DNA of 64,000 nucleotides from Caldisericota bacterium (GCA_029548865.1 JAKPMO010000002.1:64001-128000); one strand, 5' to 3'. Positions 43,905-54,289 are shown, counted from the first letter of the stretch. Notes: generated by a model from the sequence alone, not told the origin. Program-made: numbers and translations.

Positions 43905-45733
43905 TGAACAAGAACCAAGACAGTGTAAAGACGTATATACCGATAATAATACTTGTTGCAGTCGGTGTTTTGCTGTATTTCTTTTTCTCAGCTTTTAATG
44001 CATCCCCGAAACAAACGCTGACTTACAGTGAATTTTATAAGAGCCTTCAGGCAGGTGAGATAAGCTCGCTTGCCATTGATGTAAACAGCTTCTACACAGA
44101 AGGGGAGCTTTCCCCAAAGGAGCCTGGCAAGCCAAGCATAAAGTTTGAGGTCACCATACCACCGCAGTTTGCTGAGGAAGTGACCCATCTGGCCATGGAG
44201 AAAGGCATCAAGGTGCTGGAGTTTGAGCCACCTTCAAGCAATTTCCTCCTCGAACTTCTGAACTACCTTGGGCCATTCCTGATAATCATATTCTTCTGGT
44301 TTATGATGTCACGTTCCATGCAGGGTTCTGGCTCGCAGGTGCTCAGCTTTGGCAAATCAAAGGCCAAACTTTTTATGGACGATAAGCCGAGGATCACATT
44401 CAAGGACGTGGCCGGCATTCCCGAGGTAAAGGAAGAACTCCAGGAAATAATTGATTTCCTTAAAGACCCAAAGCGCTTTGCTGTAATGGGTGCCAAGGTG
44501 CCAAGAGGTGTTCTGCTTGTTGGCCCTCCAGGATGTGGAAAAACGTACATCAGCAGGGCGGTTGCTGGCGAGGCAAAGGTGCCTTTCTTCTCGGTTTCTG
44601 GCTCAGAGTTCGTGGAGATGTTTGTCGGCGTTGGTGCCTCAAGGGTGAGAGACCTGTTCGAGCAGGCAAAAAAATATGCACCTGCGCTCATCTTCATCGA
44701 TGAGATTGATGCAGTCGGAAGGCAGAGGGGCGCGGGCCTTGGTGGCGGACATGACGAGAGGGAACAGACCCTGAACCAGCTCCTTGTCGAAATGGACGGT
44801 TTTGATCCACACGTTGGGATAATAATCATTGCCGCGACCAACAGGCCTGACATTCTCGATGCAGCACTTCTAAGACCTGGCAGATTTGACAGGCGCGTCA
44901 TGATCGATTTGCCGACACTCATGGAGAGGGAAGCAATCCTCAAATACCATGCCAAAAACAAGCCAATGGCACAGAACGTCGACCTGGCTGTTGTTGCAAA
45001 AAGAACGGCCGGTTTTTCTGGCGCTGATCTTGAGAACCTGCTTAATGAATCAGCCATAATAGCCACTCGCCGCAGAAAGAAAGAAATTGAAAACAAGGAT
45101 GTGGAAGAGGCGATCGACAGGGTCATTGCCGGCCCGCAAAAGAGGACAAGGGTCCTCGGCACTGAAGAAAAGAAAAAGGTTGCCTACCATGAAGCAGGCC
45201 ATGCCCTTGTGACTCATGTTCTTGGCCCGGAGATTGTCCATAGAATATCCATTGTTTCGAGGGGAATGGCCCTTGGATACACCCTCCCTTTGCCAGTAGA
45301 AGACAAATACCTGAGCTCGAAAGACGAGCTTGAGAGGAACATTGCTGGGATACTTGGCGGAACTGCCGCCGAGAGGGTGGTGTTCGACGAAATATCAACA
45401 GGTGCTTCCAATGACATAAGGAAGGCCACTGACATTGCAAGAAAAATGGTCACCGAGTATGGAATGTCTTCTCTTGGGCCAATAGCTTTTGGACATCCAG
45501 CCGAAATGGTTTTCCTTGGCAGGGATTTCTCGGCTTCTCCAGATTATTCTGATGAAACCGGCAGGATGATAGACCAGGAGATAAGAAGGATCATATCCGA
45601 TGGTCTTGAAACAGCCATAAAGACTGTTCAGGAAAACAGGGGAACCATGGACAAGCTCGTCGAAGTGCTTATTGAAAAGGAAACATTGGAGGCAGAAGAG
45701 TTGCAAAAGCTGCTCTTTGATGCCAAAAAATGA
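43904..45733 (+). CDS. ftsH: ATP-dependent zinc metalloprotease FtsH
   Basis: Two TMs, GPPGCGKT, FIDEIDAVG, LLRPGRFDR, HEAGH. Confidence 0.97.
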   Translation: MNKNQDSVKTYIPIIILVAVGVLLYFFFSAFNASPKQTLTYSEFYKSLQAGEISSLAIDVNSFYTEGELSPKEPGKPSIKFEVTIPPQFAEEVTHLAMEKGIKVLEFEPPSSNFLLELLNYLGPFLIIIFFWFMMSRSMQGSGSQVLSFGKSKAKLFMDDKPRITFKDVAGIPEVKEELQEIIDFLKDPKRFAVMGAKVPRGVLLVGPPGCGKTYISRAVAGEAKVPFFSVSGSEFVEMFVGVGASRVRDLFEQAKKYAPALIFIDEIDAVGRQRGAGLGGGHDEREQTLNQLLVEMDGFDPHVGIIIIAATNRPDILDAALLRPGRFDRRVMIDLPTLMEREAILKYHAKNKPMAQNVDLAVVAKRTAGFSGADLENLLNESAIIATRRRKKEIENKDVEEAIDRVIAGPQKRTRVLGTEEKKKVAYHEAGHALVTHVLGPEIVHRISIVSRGMALGYTLPLPVEDKYLSSKDELERNIAGILGGTAAERVVFDEISTGASNDIRKATDIARKMVTEYGMSSLGPIAFGHPAEMVFLGRDFSASPDYSDETGRMIDQEIRRIISDGLETAIKTVQENRGTMDKLVEVLIEKETLEAEELQKLLFDAKK

Positions 45734-46524
45734 CTTGGAGATATTATAACACCGTCCCAATGAGGGGCGCCAGGAACATGGCTTATGACGAGGTGATGCT
45801 GAAAACTGCACCGCCTTCATCAGTCACGCTCAGGACATACACCTGGGATCCGGCATGCCTCTCTTTAGGGTGTTTCCAAAAATATTCCGAAGTTAATCTT
45901 GAGAAGATAAAAGAGAATGGTTTTGATGTCGTGAGGAGGTCGACTGGCGGAAGGGCAGTTCTTCACGATAAAGAGCTGACCTATTCAATCGTCATCACGC
46001 CGCCCCATGAGATTTTGAACATGAATGTTCTTGATTCGTATTACCTCTTGTGCGAAGGGATAGTCTCCGGGCTAAATTTCCTTGGTGTGAATGCTGCCCT
46101 TAAGAAGGGCGATGACAGGGAGCTTTCTACGCCGTCTTGTTTTGCCGCTCCAACATTCAATGACATCGAGTCTGGCGGAAGGAAACTTGTTGGGTCTGCA
46201 CAAATGAGAGCAAAAGAGGGCCTTCTCCAACATGGTTCAATACTGCTTGACGTGGACATAAAAAAGTTGTTTGATGTTGTCAGTAAAGATGAAAACCAGT
46301 CATCAAGGCTTGCTGAGGCTGCAAAAGCAAAAATCACAAGTGTCAACGAGCAACTGGGTTTTAGGATTGGTCTGGAGCAATTGAAAGAAAACATTTTAAA
46401 TGGTTTTTCCGATTCATTTAGTGTCGGGTTTGAAGAGGTCACCCTTGATGGTGATTTCTTTGCCAAAGTCGACGATCTTGAAAAAAATAAATACAATTCG
46501 GCCGTATGGACCGAGAATAGGTAG
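45730..46524 (+). CDS. Lipoate--protein ligase family protein (LplA/LipM-like)
   Basis: NMAYDE, RRSTGGRAVLHD.ELTYS, SCF, GRKLVGSAQ, LQHGS. Confidence 0.9.
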   Translation: MTWRYYNTVPMRGARNMAYDEVMLKTAPPSSVTLRTYTWDPACLSLGCFQKYSEVNLEKIKENGFDVVRRSTGGRAVLHDKELTYSIVITPPHEILNMNVLDSYYLLCEGIVSGLNFLGVNAALKKGDDRELSTPSCFAAPTFNDIESGGRKLVGSAQMRAKEGLLQHGSILLDVDIKKLFDVVSKDENQSSRLAEAAKAKITSVNEQLGFRIGLEQLKENILNGFSDSFSVGFEEVTLDGDFFAKVDDLEKNKYNSAVWTENR

Positions 46525-46530
46525 GGTGGG

Positions 46531-48816
46531 ATGAAAAAAATTCTTACTTTTATGATCGTTGCAATTATCGCATTGTCCCCATTGGTGTTGGTTGAAGCCG
46601 GCAATAATGAAGCGACAGACTGGTTCTGTTTTCAGAAAGATCACCAGAGGACTGGTACTGCTTTCTTCTCCGAAAAGATTTCCACCCCACTTATTCAGGC
46701 ATGGGATGGTATCATTGATACCAATATCTATATCGCCCAGAACATAGATCCTGTCAAAGGTACAATCATCATTGGCAAAGACATAGCTGTTGCGGCAACT
46801 GAAAAAGGGAAGATAGGCGCTTTCAGTACGCTCGATGGTAAACCTGTTTGGAGGAGAGATATTGGTTTACCTCTCACAACAGACATGGCACTCTCGGATG
46901 AAGTGCTTCTTGTTCCGTTAAAGGGTGGAAAAGTCCTTGGGCTTGATCTCTATACTGGTGGCACCTTCTGGGAATACCAGGCAAAAGGTGAGGTAAAATC
47001 TCCTCCTCTGCCATACAATGGGTATTTCTATTTTCCAACCACCGAAGGCAAGCTCGTACAGCTCACCTCGGCCTCGGGGCTTGTTTCAAATGAATTTAAC
47101 ATGAATGTGAACGTTCAATTGCCAATGGCAGTTCAGCCTGTTGGCTACAGTGTGTCTTCTTATGCCCAGATGATCATGAATTCATCAGATGGCAACATGG
47201 TTGCATACAATCCATCCACCAAGGATTTCGACTGGCAAATGAAGCTTGATTCACCAACTGCCGTTGGCCCATTGCCGATAGGCGAATCAATCATTGTCTG
47301 CTCAAAAACTGGCCAGGTCAATGCTTATGCTCTCTCTGACAGAAAGAAATATTGGTCTTATGATATAAAGCGCCCGATAGTTGCCGCACCATGCCGCTAT
47401 TATAATGCAACCTATGTTGGTATTGGCACTGAAGATGGACAAGTTTTTTGCATCAGGCTTGGCGACGGGAATGCCATCTGGGACCAGAAAGCTGCTGGCC
47501 CAATCAAGCAGGCAGTCATAGGTATAAATCAAAACCTTGTTGCGGCCACCGAAAATGGCCACATCCAGGCATTTTTTGCTTTTGATGGGACTGTTGTTGC
47601 AGACGTTGACCTCAAAGACAACATCACCACACCTCCTTCATACAGTAGCGGGTCGATATTCGTTGGCACAAAATCAGGCCGTGTTGTTTGCGTCAGGCCA
47701 AAACAGGGATCGCTCTCTTTAAGGCTTGACCCATCAATAGTTTTCATATCACCCACAGAATCCAAATCTGTCAAAATTCGCCTTGGAAGCATTGAGGGCG
47801 ACAGCAATGTATACTATCTTTCAAACTCCGGTTTCCCATGCAGGTGCAAACTTGCAAGAAATTTCATGCCTTCCTCGACGATGAAGGCCACCGATGAAAG
47901 AACGCTTGATCTTAAGGCCGATCCTTCTGCCGAACCTGCAACTTACGAGTATCTTGTTACAGCAATGTCACAGAGCAGTTCTGAAGCAAGGGTTTCTGCC
48001 ACCGGTATCTGCATTGTTGTCAAACCGGAAGACATAATGAAGTCATATATGAGGTTTGATACAAGCAAAAAGAACCAGTTGGTTGTAACAGTTGGCTATG
48101 AGAACCAGAAGTTCATGAAATCTTTTGCCGGAAAAATCATCTATGATCAAGCAATTTTAAGACCTGTTGAAACAAAATCCCTACTTGAAGGACCCGAATA
48201 CGCCCCATTCTTTGATTTGACAATCAAGGGAGAAGTTGGCACCTATATGGGATTTTCACCAAGCAAAGCCAAAGAAGCCAAGGCAGATGTTTTCCAGATT
48301 ACATTTGACATCATAAAGTCTGCCAAAACAAACCTCAAGTTCAGTCCAGTAAGCCGCACAATGAGCTCTTACATTCTTCCAACCACTGACACAGCCGTTG
48401 ATGTCGAGGTTGTGCGCAAAATGACTGAGCATGTCGTAAAACTCCAGATTGGAAATGTGATGGCCACAGTTGACGGCAAGCAGGAAAAGCTTGCTATTGC
48501 ACCTTACATAAAGAGTGGAAGAACAATGGTTCCACTACGTTTTGTTGGCACTGCACTTGGATCAGTGGTGGACTGGATTGCTGCAGAAAAATCTGTTCTC
48601 TATACCAACTCGCTGCCAACTGGCGCAAGGACCATAAAGCTTTGGATTGGCAAGAAGGTCGCCCTTGTTGATGGCAAGGAAGTAGCAATCGACCCGCCGC
48701 CGGAGCTGGTCAAAGGCAACACCTGTGTTGGCCTCTCGTTTGTCTCAACCAACTTTGGTGCAAAGATTGCCTATGATTCAAAGACAAAGACGGTAACAAT
48801 CAATTTTGAGAATTAA
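46531..48816 (+). CDS. Secreted PQQ-like beta-propeller + cohesin-like + stalk domain protein
   Basis: Signal peptide; W..FQKD.QRTG and propeller repeats; possible cohesin (FAGKIIYDQAIL..VFQITF); GRTMVPLRFVGTALG. Confidence 0.85.
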   Translation: MKKILTFMIVAIIALSPLVLVEAGNNEATDWFCFQKDHQRTGTAFFSEKISTPLIQAWDGIIDTNIYIAQNIDPVKGTIIIGKDIAVAATEKGKIGAFSTLDGKPVWRRDIGLPLTTDMALSDEVLLVPLKGGKVLGLDLYTGGTFWEYQAKGEVKSPPLPYNGYFYFPTTEGKLVQLTSASGLVSNEFNMNVNVQLPMAVQPVGYSVSSYAQMIMNSSDGNMVAYNPSTKDFDWQMKLDSPTAVGPLPIGESIIVCSKTGQVNAYALSDRKKYWSYDIKRPIVAAPCRYYNATYVGIGTEDGQVFCIRLGDGNAIWDQKAAGPIKQAVIGINQNLVAATENGHIQAFFAFDGTVVADVDLKDNITTPPSYSSGSIFVGTKSGRVVCVRPKQGSLSLRLDPSIVFISPTESKSVKIRLGSIEGDSNVYYLSNSGFPCRCKLARNFMPSSTMKATDERTLDLKADPSAEPATYEYLVTAMSQSSSEARVSATGICIVVKPEDIMKSYMRFDTSKKNQLVVTVGYENQKFMKSFAGKIIYDQAILRPVETKSLLEGPEYAPFFDLTIKGEVGTYMGFSPSKAKEAKADVFQITFDIIKSAKTNLKFSPVSRTMSSYILPTTDTAVDVEVVRKMTEHVVKLQIGNVMATVDGKQEKLAIAPYIKSGRTMVPLRFVGTALGSVVDWIAAEKSVLYTNSLPTGARTIKLWIGKKVALVDGKEVAIDPPPELVKGNTCVGLSFVSTNFGAKIAYDSKTKTVTINFEN

Positions 48817-48841
48817 TCAGTAAAAATTGATCTAGTGATTT

Positions 48842-48872
48842 AAAAAAAGGGCCTCAACTGAGGCCCTTTTTT
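48842..48872 (+). terminator. Rho-independent terminator
   Basis: AAAAAAAGGGCCTCA-AC-TGAGGCCCTTTTTT. Confidence 0.8.
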
Positions 48873-48987
48873 ATTTTCGGTCAATTTGCTGCTTCCCCAA
48901 AACCTAAAAAGTACAAAACACTTGAAGCTTTTCAAACCGGCAAATATAATTCCAATCATAACAGGCGAAAGGGGTGTATTGTCAGAC

Positions 48988-49572
48988 ATGAGAAAATGGA
49001 TTTATATCCCGTTGGCCCTCGTATGCGTATTTATGATTTATTGGGGCATATGGGGCACAGAAATGCACAAAATTGAGCCGGTACTTCAGAGCAGGACAAC
49101 AACCACAGGCACCGTCTCTGGTCTTGATGCCCAAAATGGAAAGTTGACCCTTAATGTTGACGACAAAGGCAAGACTGCAGTTTGGGAAGTGTCATTTAAT
49201 CCTGAAAAATTGAAACTTTTTTATATAGATAGAAAAACTGAGGATGGTAAGGAGACTGAAAAAAGAGTTCAGGTAATGTACACCGAAAAGCCTGAGCTGC
49301 TCAAAGATGGAATCACTATAACAGCTACCGGTGAGAAAAAAGATGGCAAGATAAAATCGTCAGTTTTCCACATTGGTGGAATTTACAATCCACCTGAGCT
49401 GGTCCAGAGAAAAGAGAACGTGACCATCTACAACACGGCCGACAAGCTCTGCATTGCTTGTGTCGGGCTTGGTGATTCCGATCTTACGAGACTTCTTCAG
49501 ATTGGCATCATCTTCATTGGCATAATGATTATTTATGCTGCAGTATCTTATGTGACAAGGAGGGCGGCATGA
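48988..49572 (+). CDS. Membrane-anchored CxxC protein (CD1871A-like motif) with an inserted OB-like domain
   Basis: N- and C-terminal TMs; IYNTADKLCIACVGLG; ATGA-coupled to the 4Fe-4S membrane protein. Confidence 0.65.
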   Translation: MRKWIYIPLALVCVFMIYWGIWGTEMHKIEPVLQSRTTTTGTVSGLDAQNGKLTLNVDDKGKTAVWEVSFNPEKLKLFYIDRKTEDGKETEKRVQVMYTEKPELLKDGITITATGEKKDGKIKSSVFHIGGIYNPPELVQRKENVTIYNTADKLCIACVGLGDSDLTRLLQIGIIFIGIMIIYAAVSYVTRRAA

Positions 49573-51017
49573 GCGAGCTGGTCAAAAAACTTCAGAAAAA
49601 ACTTCCACCCGGTGAGTTCCGTATCCAGGTCAGGATCTGGACCCAGTGGGCTTTCCTGGCCCTCGCAGCGGGACCGCTTTTCATCCTTGCACCAATCGTA
49701 AAACAGATACCGGCCCCTTGGTATGTTTGCTGGTCATGCCCAACAGCGATTGCTGCCTGTCCACTCGGGACACTCCAGCATTACACCGCCTCTGGCGGTT
49801 TCAGCTTCTTTGCAGTTGGTTTCCTTGCCCTTATCGGCGTTCTTATTGGCAGAATGACATGTGGATGGACTTGCCCAATGGGTTTTGTCCAGGAAATGCT
49901 TTACAAGGCAAAGAGATATGGCAATTACATTGTTGGTGGAATAATTTTTGTCACGACGATGTTCCTGGCCTGGTTCACCCCCTTTCTTGGCCTCATCAGG
50001 GCTCCGGTTGGCGAGGGATACGGCCTCGGCTATCTCCTCTCCTCGGGCAATATCAATGCTTTTATTGGCTGGCTCCTCACCTATTTGTCCGTTGCGTTGC
50101 TTGTTTCTGTTCCATTTTTCCTTGTGGAAAAGAAAAACAAGTGGTCAAACTTCTTCTGGTGGCTGCTTTTCATCGTTCCATTTGCAGGCCTTTTCCTTGC
50201 GTTCTACCTCACGGGTTTCATGAAATCGGAACCCCTCACAGTTTTCCTTGTCCTTGGCATCGTGATCCCGATAACACTCCTTTGCTTCATGAACGTCAAG
50301 AAATTCTCCATTCCAAACAATCTGGCAACATTCATGAGATGGTTCTTCTTCATCGTCCCGTTCATCATCTTCCCGTACATAACCAGATTTGTTGCCACAG
50401 ATGCCGGCATCAAGCTGCTTGAGGGCGAGGTCTGGTGGTGCAAGATATGTCCCATCGGAACAATAACCGCGGGTTTCCCGCAGATGTACCTCCAGCTTGT
50501 GCCACAGGGTGCCTTCCCGCTCTTCGGACTCACCTCGACCGCTTTCATTGGCGTTTCAACCTACCAGGGCATTTTTGGTGAGGCCAGGGTAATGTATTTC
50601 ATAAAATGGGTAATGACCTCCGGAATCATCTTTGCAATGGTCAATTCAAAGAGGTTCTTCTGCAAAGCAGTTTGTCCACTTGGCACTTTCTTTACCATCT
50701 TCAACTGGTTCTCGGCAACCAGAATCAAGGTCGACCAGGCGAACTGCAGGGGCAAGTCCTGCAACTGGTGTCTCAAACACTGCCCGATGGACATTGCAAT
50801 CTACGATCCAACATCACAATGGCACTGCATCAGGTGCCTGGATTGCCTTGGTTGCCCGTTTGGCGTTGTGACACATGAAGTCCCTGTCGTGTTCTCTTGG
50901 ATGGTCAAGAAGGAAGAAAAGAAAGTAATACCTCTGAAGACACCGAACCCTCCAAACAACCCAACTTTCCTCCAGTGGGCTAATTTTATAAACTACACCC
51001 CACCACAGGCTAGATAA
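49569..51017 (+). CDS. 4Fe-4S binding membrane protein (NapH/YccM-like polyferredoxin)
   Basis: CWSCP..ACPLG, GRMTCGWTCPMG, WCKICPIG, RFFCKAVCPLG, CNWCLKHCP, CIRCLDCLGCP. Confidence 0.88.
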   Translation: MSELVKKLQKKLPPGEFRIQVRIWTQWAFLALAAGPLFILAPIVKQIPAPWYVCWSCPTAIAACPLGTLQHYTASGGFSFFAVGFLALIGVLIGRMTCGWTCPMGFVQEMLYKAKRYGNYIVGGIIFVTTMFLAWFTPFLGLIRAPVGEGYGLGYLLSSGNINAFIGWLLTYLSVALLVSVPFFLVEKKNKWSNFFWWLLFIVPFAGLFLAFYLTGFMKSEPLTVFLVLGIVIPITLLCFMNVKKFSIPNNLATFMRWFFFIVPFIIFPYITRFVATDAGIKLLEGEVWWCKICPIGTITAGFPQMYLQLVPQGAFPLFGLTSTAFIGVSTYQGIFGEARVMYFIKWVMTSGIIFAMVNSKRFFCKAVCPLGTFFTIFNWFSATRIKVDQANCRGKSCNWCLKHCPMDIAIYDPTSQWHCIRCLDCLGCPFGVVTHEVPVVFSWMVKKEEKKVIPLKTPNPPNNPTFLQWANFINYTPPQAR

Positions 51018-51030
51018 AAAACCCAACATC

Positions 51031-51062
51031 AAAAAAGGCCGGCACTGAAATGCCGGCCTTTT
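51031..51062 (+). terminator. Rho-independent terminator
   Basis: AAAAAAGGCCGGCA..TGCCGGCCTTTT. Confidence 0.75.
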
Positions 51063-51150
51063 GAATTTTTTGATACCTTTTGTTTATGGATATTGAAACT
51101 ATTTTTGCTTGGCTGATAAACTACAATGAAAAGCGTTTGAAGGAGGGAAC

Positions 51151-53010
51151 TTGAGAAAAGCATTCTTGATTGTCATGCCAGCTATTCTGCTTCTGTGCTC
51201 CTGTGGTGCGCCCCAGGACAAAAACACCCAGGCTCCAGGTATTTACAGGAAGGCAACCAGCCAGGAAATGTCCCTTGCAGTAACTTTTTTACCTGAAGGA
51301 TGGAGTTTTTCTTCCCCCATTGTGGTCGATATCGGCCAGAAATACCTCTTTGCTGAAGCCGTGAAGTACGACAAGGGTGGAGGAAAGAGTGAAAGATTCA
51401 TGGCATTCAGGATTGATGGGGACTTGGTGCTTGATGTTTATGATTCGCTGCCTTCGCGATTTCGTATAGTTGATGACAGCGGCATTTCCAAAAACCATGA
51501 GACCAAATACAAGGTTGAATCTGACCTTTTCCCGGAAGATGGAAAACCTGTACAGGAACTTAATGGTGGGGCATACGTTCCTGTCTGCTGGACTGATGAT
51601 GATTATCCGGCAACATGGTCGCCAGTCTACATTATCAGAAACGACAAGGTGGTTTCCCTGCCAATGTGGCCCAAGGTTTTACAAACCATTGTTGGCCCTG
51701 CCAAGATTGGAGAAGAGAACGTCCTGGTTTCCATTGAGCTTGAGTCTTTAACAAGGATCAGTGCATCCTCCGAAGAGCCAATTTATGTTCCAGCAATTTA
51801 TGCTCCTGCAATCGACAGGGTGATGAAGAAAAAGGACGGCATCTGGGTAGATGCGTGCGAGGAGTTCCAGAGCTATGGCCAGAAGAAGGCCGATGAAATA
51901 CTCGACACGCCAAATGGGGAACTTGATTTTGAGAACCTGAGAAAGGTCTATCTTTATGGTCTTGTCTATGGTTTCAAGGACGAGGCAATCAGGAAGATTG
52001 AATCCAGGATTGAAAGCGACCCCAATTTGAAAAACAACCCTTTGGGCAAGGACAGGGTATTCATCAAAAAAATAACATCAGAAGACGACTATCAGCCGAT
52101 ATATCCTGGAAGAGAGGAAGCAAGGCTCTTCCTCCAACCTAGCCCAAAAAGGATGGAAGCTTTCAGGTCAGCTGTTGACAAAAAGTATGTGGTGGAAGCC
52201 GTCAGAATGGCTGATAGCAACTCGCTTTTTGCGATTACAAGCACACAGGGGGATGATGGCCAGCAGGAGAAAGCCCTCTTTTTCGCCTCTTTTGCCGGAG
52301 ATTCCATTGCCAGCCTTTACAAAACCAGCATTTCCGGCCTTGCGACCTTCGGGTTTATGGAAGGGGCAGACCTCTGGGGTTATGAGGGTCTGGCGCCATT
52401 TCCGGTTTATCCTGTCGGTGTCAATGAGGTTGGCGATTTTGAGCACCCGCGCTCGATTGTTTTCAAGGTTGAAGAAGACAAGCCTGTCCAGGTCCCTTTT
52501 GAATTTGAAAAGGGCGAAGTGGCAAGAGGTGTAAAGGTTGTGGGTGAAAAGGCCTACATTTACGCCATAAGCGAGCACTTTGGGTCACCATTTGGAATTG
52601 CCTACAAAGACAGGCTGATGGAGTATTCAGGCGACTCATTCAGGGAAATCTGGCCCATACTAAGTAGCATGCAGGGAAAGGCTGTTAGTGATGATTATGA
52701 GAAGAACGGCCTGGAGCTTCTTATAGACGCAAAAAAAGCTTTATTGTCCAAAGAAGAACTGACCGATTATTACTCGTACTACTCGGCAATTGATGCGTGG
52801 TTTTGCTTTGAAACCGGGATGTCAATTGATATCCATGGCCAGAACATTATTGATTTCATGAAAACTTTGCAAAACAAGCGCAATTTTGACCAGGCGTCCG
52901 AAATGGCGACCAAGATGCAGGGAGCCCTGAAGACCAGCAAAAAACTCACCGAAGTTTGGGGCGAAGAGCAGTTGGAATATCCACCAGTTTCATGGGAGAA
53001 GATAAAATAG
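51151..53010 (+). CDS. Hypothetical lipoprotein (two related halves)
   Basis: AGGAGGG SD, TTG start, lipobox LCSCG. Confidence 0.8.
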   Translation: MRKAFLIVMPAILLLCSCGAPQDKNTQAPGIYRKATSQEMSLAVTFLPEGWSFSSPIVVDIGQKYLFAEAVKYDKGGGKSERFMAFRIDGDLVLDVYDSLPSRFRIVDDSGISKNHETKYKVESDLFPEDGKPVQELNGGAYVPVCWTDDDYPATWSPVYIIRNDKVVSLPMWPKVLQTIVGPAKIGEENVLVSIELESLTRISASSEEPIYVPAIYAPAIDRVMKKKDGIWVDACEEFQSYGQKKADEILDTPNGELDFENLRKVYLYGLVYGFKDEAIRKIESRIESDPNLKNNPLGKDRVFIKKITSEDDYQPIYPGREEARLFLQPSPKRMEAFRSAVDKKYVVEAVRMADSNSLFAITSTQGDDGQQEKALFFASFAGDSIASLYKTSISGLATFGFMEGADLWGYEGLAPFPVYPVGVNEVGDFEHPRSIVFKVEEDKPVQVPFEFEKGEVARGVKVVGEKAYIYAISEHFGSPFGIAYKDRLMEYSGDSFREIWPILSSMQGKAVSDDYEKNGLELLIDAKKALLSKEELTDYYSYYSAIDAWFCFETGMSIDIHGQNIIDFMKTLQNKRNFDQASEMATKMQGALKTSKKLTEVWGEEQLEYPPVSWEKIK

Positions 53011-53039
53011 CTTTGAAACATCGGAACGGAAGGATTATC

Positions 53040-53969
53040 ATGTCTAATATGAAAAAAGTTTTGCCTTTGTGTGTTGTTTTGCTGTCCACTCTGTCTCTTC
53101 TTTCTTGTGGGGCTCCCCCGAATGATGGTGCTGGCAAAACCTTTGAGGAACGCATTGCAAAGTTTATCCCGGCTGATTTCAATGTTGCAGAAAAAAGAAA
53201 CATGGCTGGTGAGAACGTCTTTGTCCTGGCAAAAAGTCCCAAATCGGGCATCGCCCAGTACATGGCAATGATTGTGGATGATTCTGGCGGGGAATTGAAA
53301 ACGGTAAAGCAAGCAAAACCTTTCAGGGCCGAAAATGTCCAGCTGGCACCAGAACGCCAGTGGGGAGCGAAGCTTTCTGGTGATGAAAAAGGTTATGCAA
53401 TCATGATAAAGCTTGGTGGAGACAGACTTGAAGATACATTTGTCAAAGTCCTTGACAATTCCTTCAATGAAATCCCGAACGAGCTTGGCCCTGGCTATGT
53501 CACAAGAGATTTTGAGGACGTAGATTTCGATGGCAATTTCGACATCATAGTGCTTGACACGCGCTGGTCCAGGCTGGCAAAAATCTTGGGGAGCCAGCCT
53601 TATACGCAAAGAGTCTGCACCTACAGCGATGGCAAGTTTGTGCTTGACGATCCAAGGTTCAAGGACCGCTATGATGCTGGAATAAAGGCGTTTAAGGCCA
53701 AGCTTGATGAAGAAGCGCAATATGAAAACGAGGCTTTCTACTATTCCCTGAACCTTCTGCTTGTCCAGGAGGCGCTTGGACAGACAAAAGATGGACTCTC
53801 GAAGTTCCAGGCCTTTATAGGGACACTGAAAGACGAGAAACTTATCGGGCTCGGAAAAGAACTCCTTGGTGCTTTTACCTCCCAGGCTTCAAAGGGAGAA
53901 AAGCTGTCCGATCCTCTCTGGAAACCCTACAGTGCCCAGGCCTGGGAGCCACTTTTCTGGAAGGATTAA
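53040..53969 (+). CDS. Hypothetical lipoprotein with DxDxDG motif, probable paralog of the upstream gene
   Basis: Lipobox LLSCGAP (upstream: LCSCGAP); DVDFDGNFD; start at MSNMKK. Confidence 0.78.
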   Translation: MSNMKKVLPLCVVLLSTLSLLSCGAPPNDGAGKTFEERIAKFIPADFNVAEKRNMAGENVFVLAKSPKSGIAQYMAMIVDDSGGELKTVKQAKPFRAENVQLAPERQWGAKLSGDEKGYAIMIKLGGDRLEDTFVKVLDNSFNEIPNELGPGYVTRDFEDVDFDGNFDIIVLDTRWSRLAKILGSQPYTQRVCTYSDGKFVLDDPRFKDRYDAGIKAFKAKLDEEAQYENEAFYYSLNLLLVQEALGQTKDGLSKFQAFIGTLKDEKLIGLGKELLGAFTSQASKGEKLSDPLWKPYSAQAWEPLFWKD

Positions 53970-54030
53970 ACTTGGCTCAGCAAATATTACTTGACCTAAA
54001 AACCGACTTGTATTATATAAACATACGCGC

Positions 54031-54106
54031 TGCCGGATGGTGTAATTGGTAACACGCCTGACTCTGGATCAGGAGACTCTAGGTTCGAGCCCTAGTCTGG
54101 CAGCCA
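54031..54106 (+). tRNA. tRNA-Gln (CTG)
   Basis: Acceptor TGCCGGA/TCTGGCA, anticodon arm CCTGA-CTCTGGA-TCAGG, GGTTCGAG T-loop, encoded CCA. Confidence 0.96.
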
Positions 54107-54120
54107 AAAAAGAGGAGAAC

Positions 54121-54195
54121 GGCGCCATAGTATAATGGTCAGTACAAGGGGCTCTCAATCCCTAGATAGGAGTTCGATTCTCCTTGGCGCTACCA
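54121..54195 (+). tRNA. tRNA-Glu (CTC)
   Basis: Acceptor GGCGCCA/TGGCGCT, anticodon arm AGGGG-CTCTCAA-TCCCT, GTTCGATTC, encoded CCA. Confidence 0.95.
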
Positions 54196-54216
54196 ATTGC
54201 GTCAAGGAAACACCAT

Positions 54217-54241
54217 AAAGGCCCACAAAGGGCCTTTTTTT
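54217..54241 (+). terminator. tRNA operon terminator
   Basis: AAAGGCCC-ACAAA-GGGCCTTTTTTT. Confidence 0.8.
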
Positions 54242-54289
54242 GTTTTTTGTGGTCTTGAGGGAATTGCCACTCAATGGTATTATTTGGGC

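Noticed and set aside
44263..45162. 299-aa minus-strand ORF
   Set aside because: Antisense shadow of ftsH; Ser-rich, no SD or domain motif.
49646..50422. 258-aa alternative-frame ORF within the 4Fe-4S gene
   Set aside because: Fully nested in a well-supported CDS, with no recognisable motifs.
52779..53720. 313-aa minus-strand ORF
   Set aside because: Antisense to two lipoprotein genes that have clear lipoboxes.
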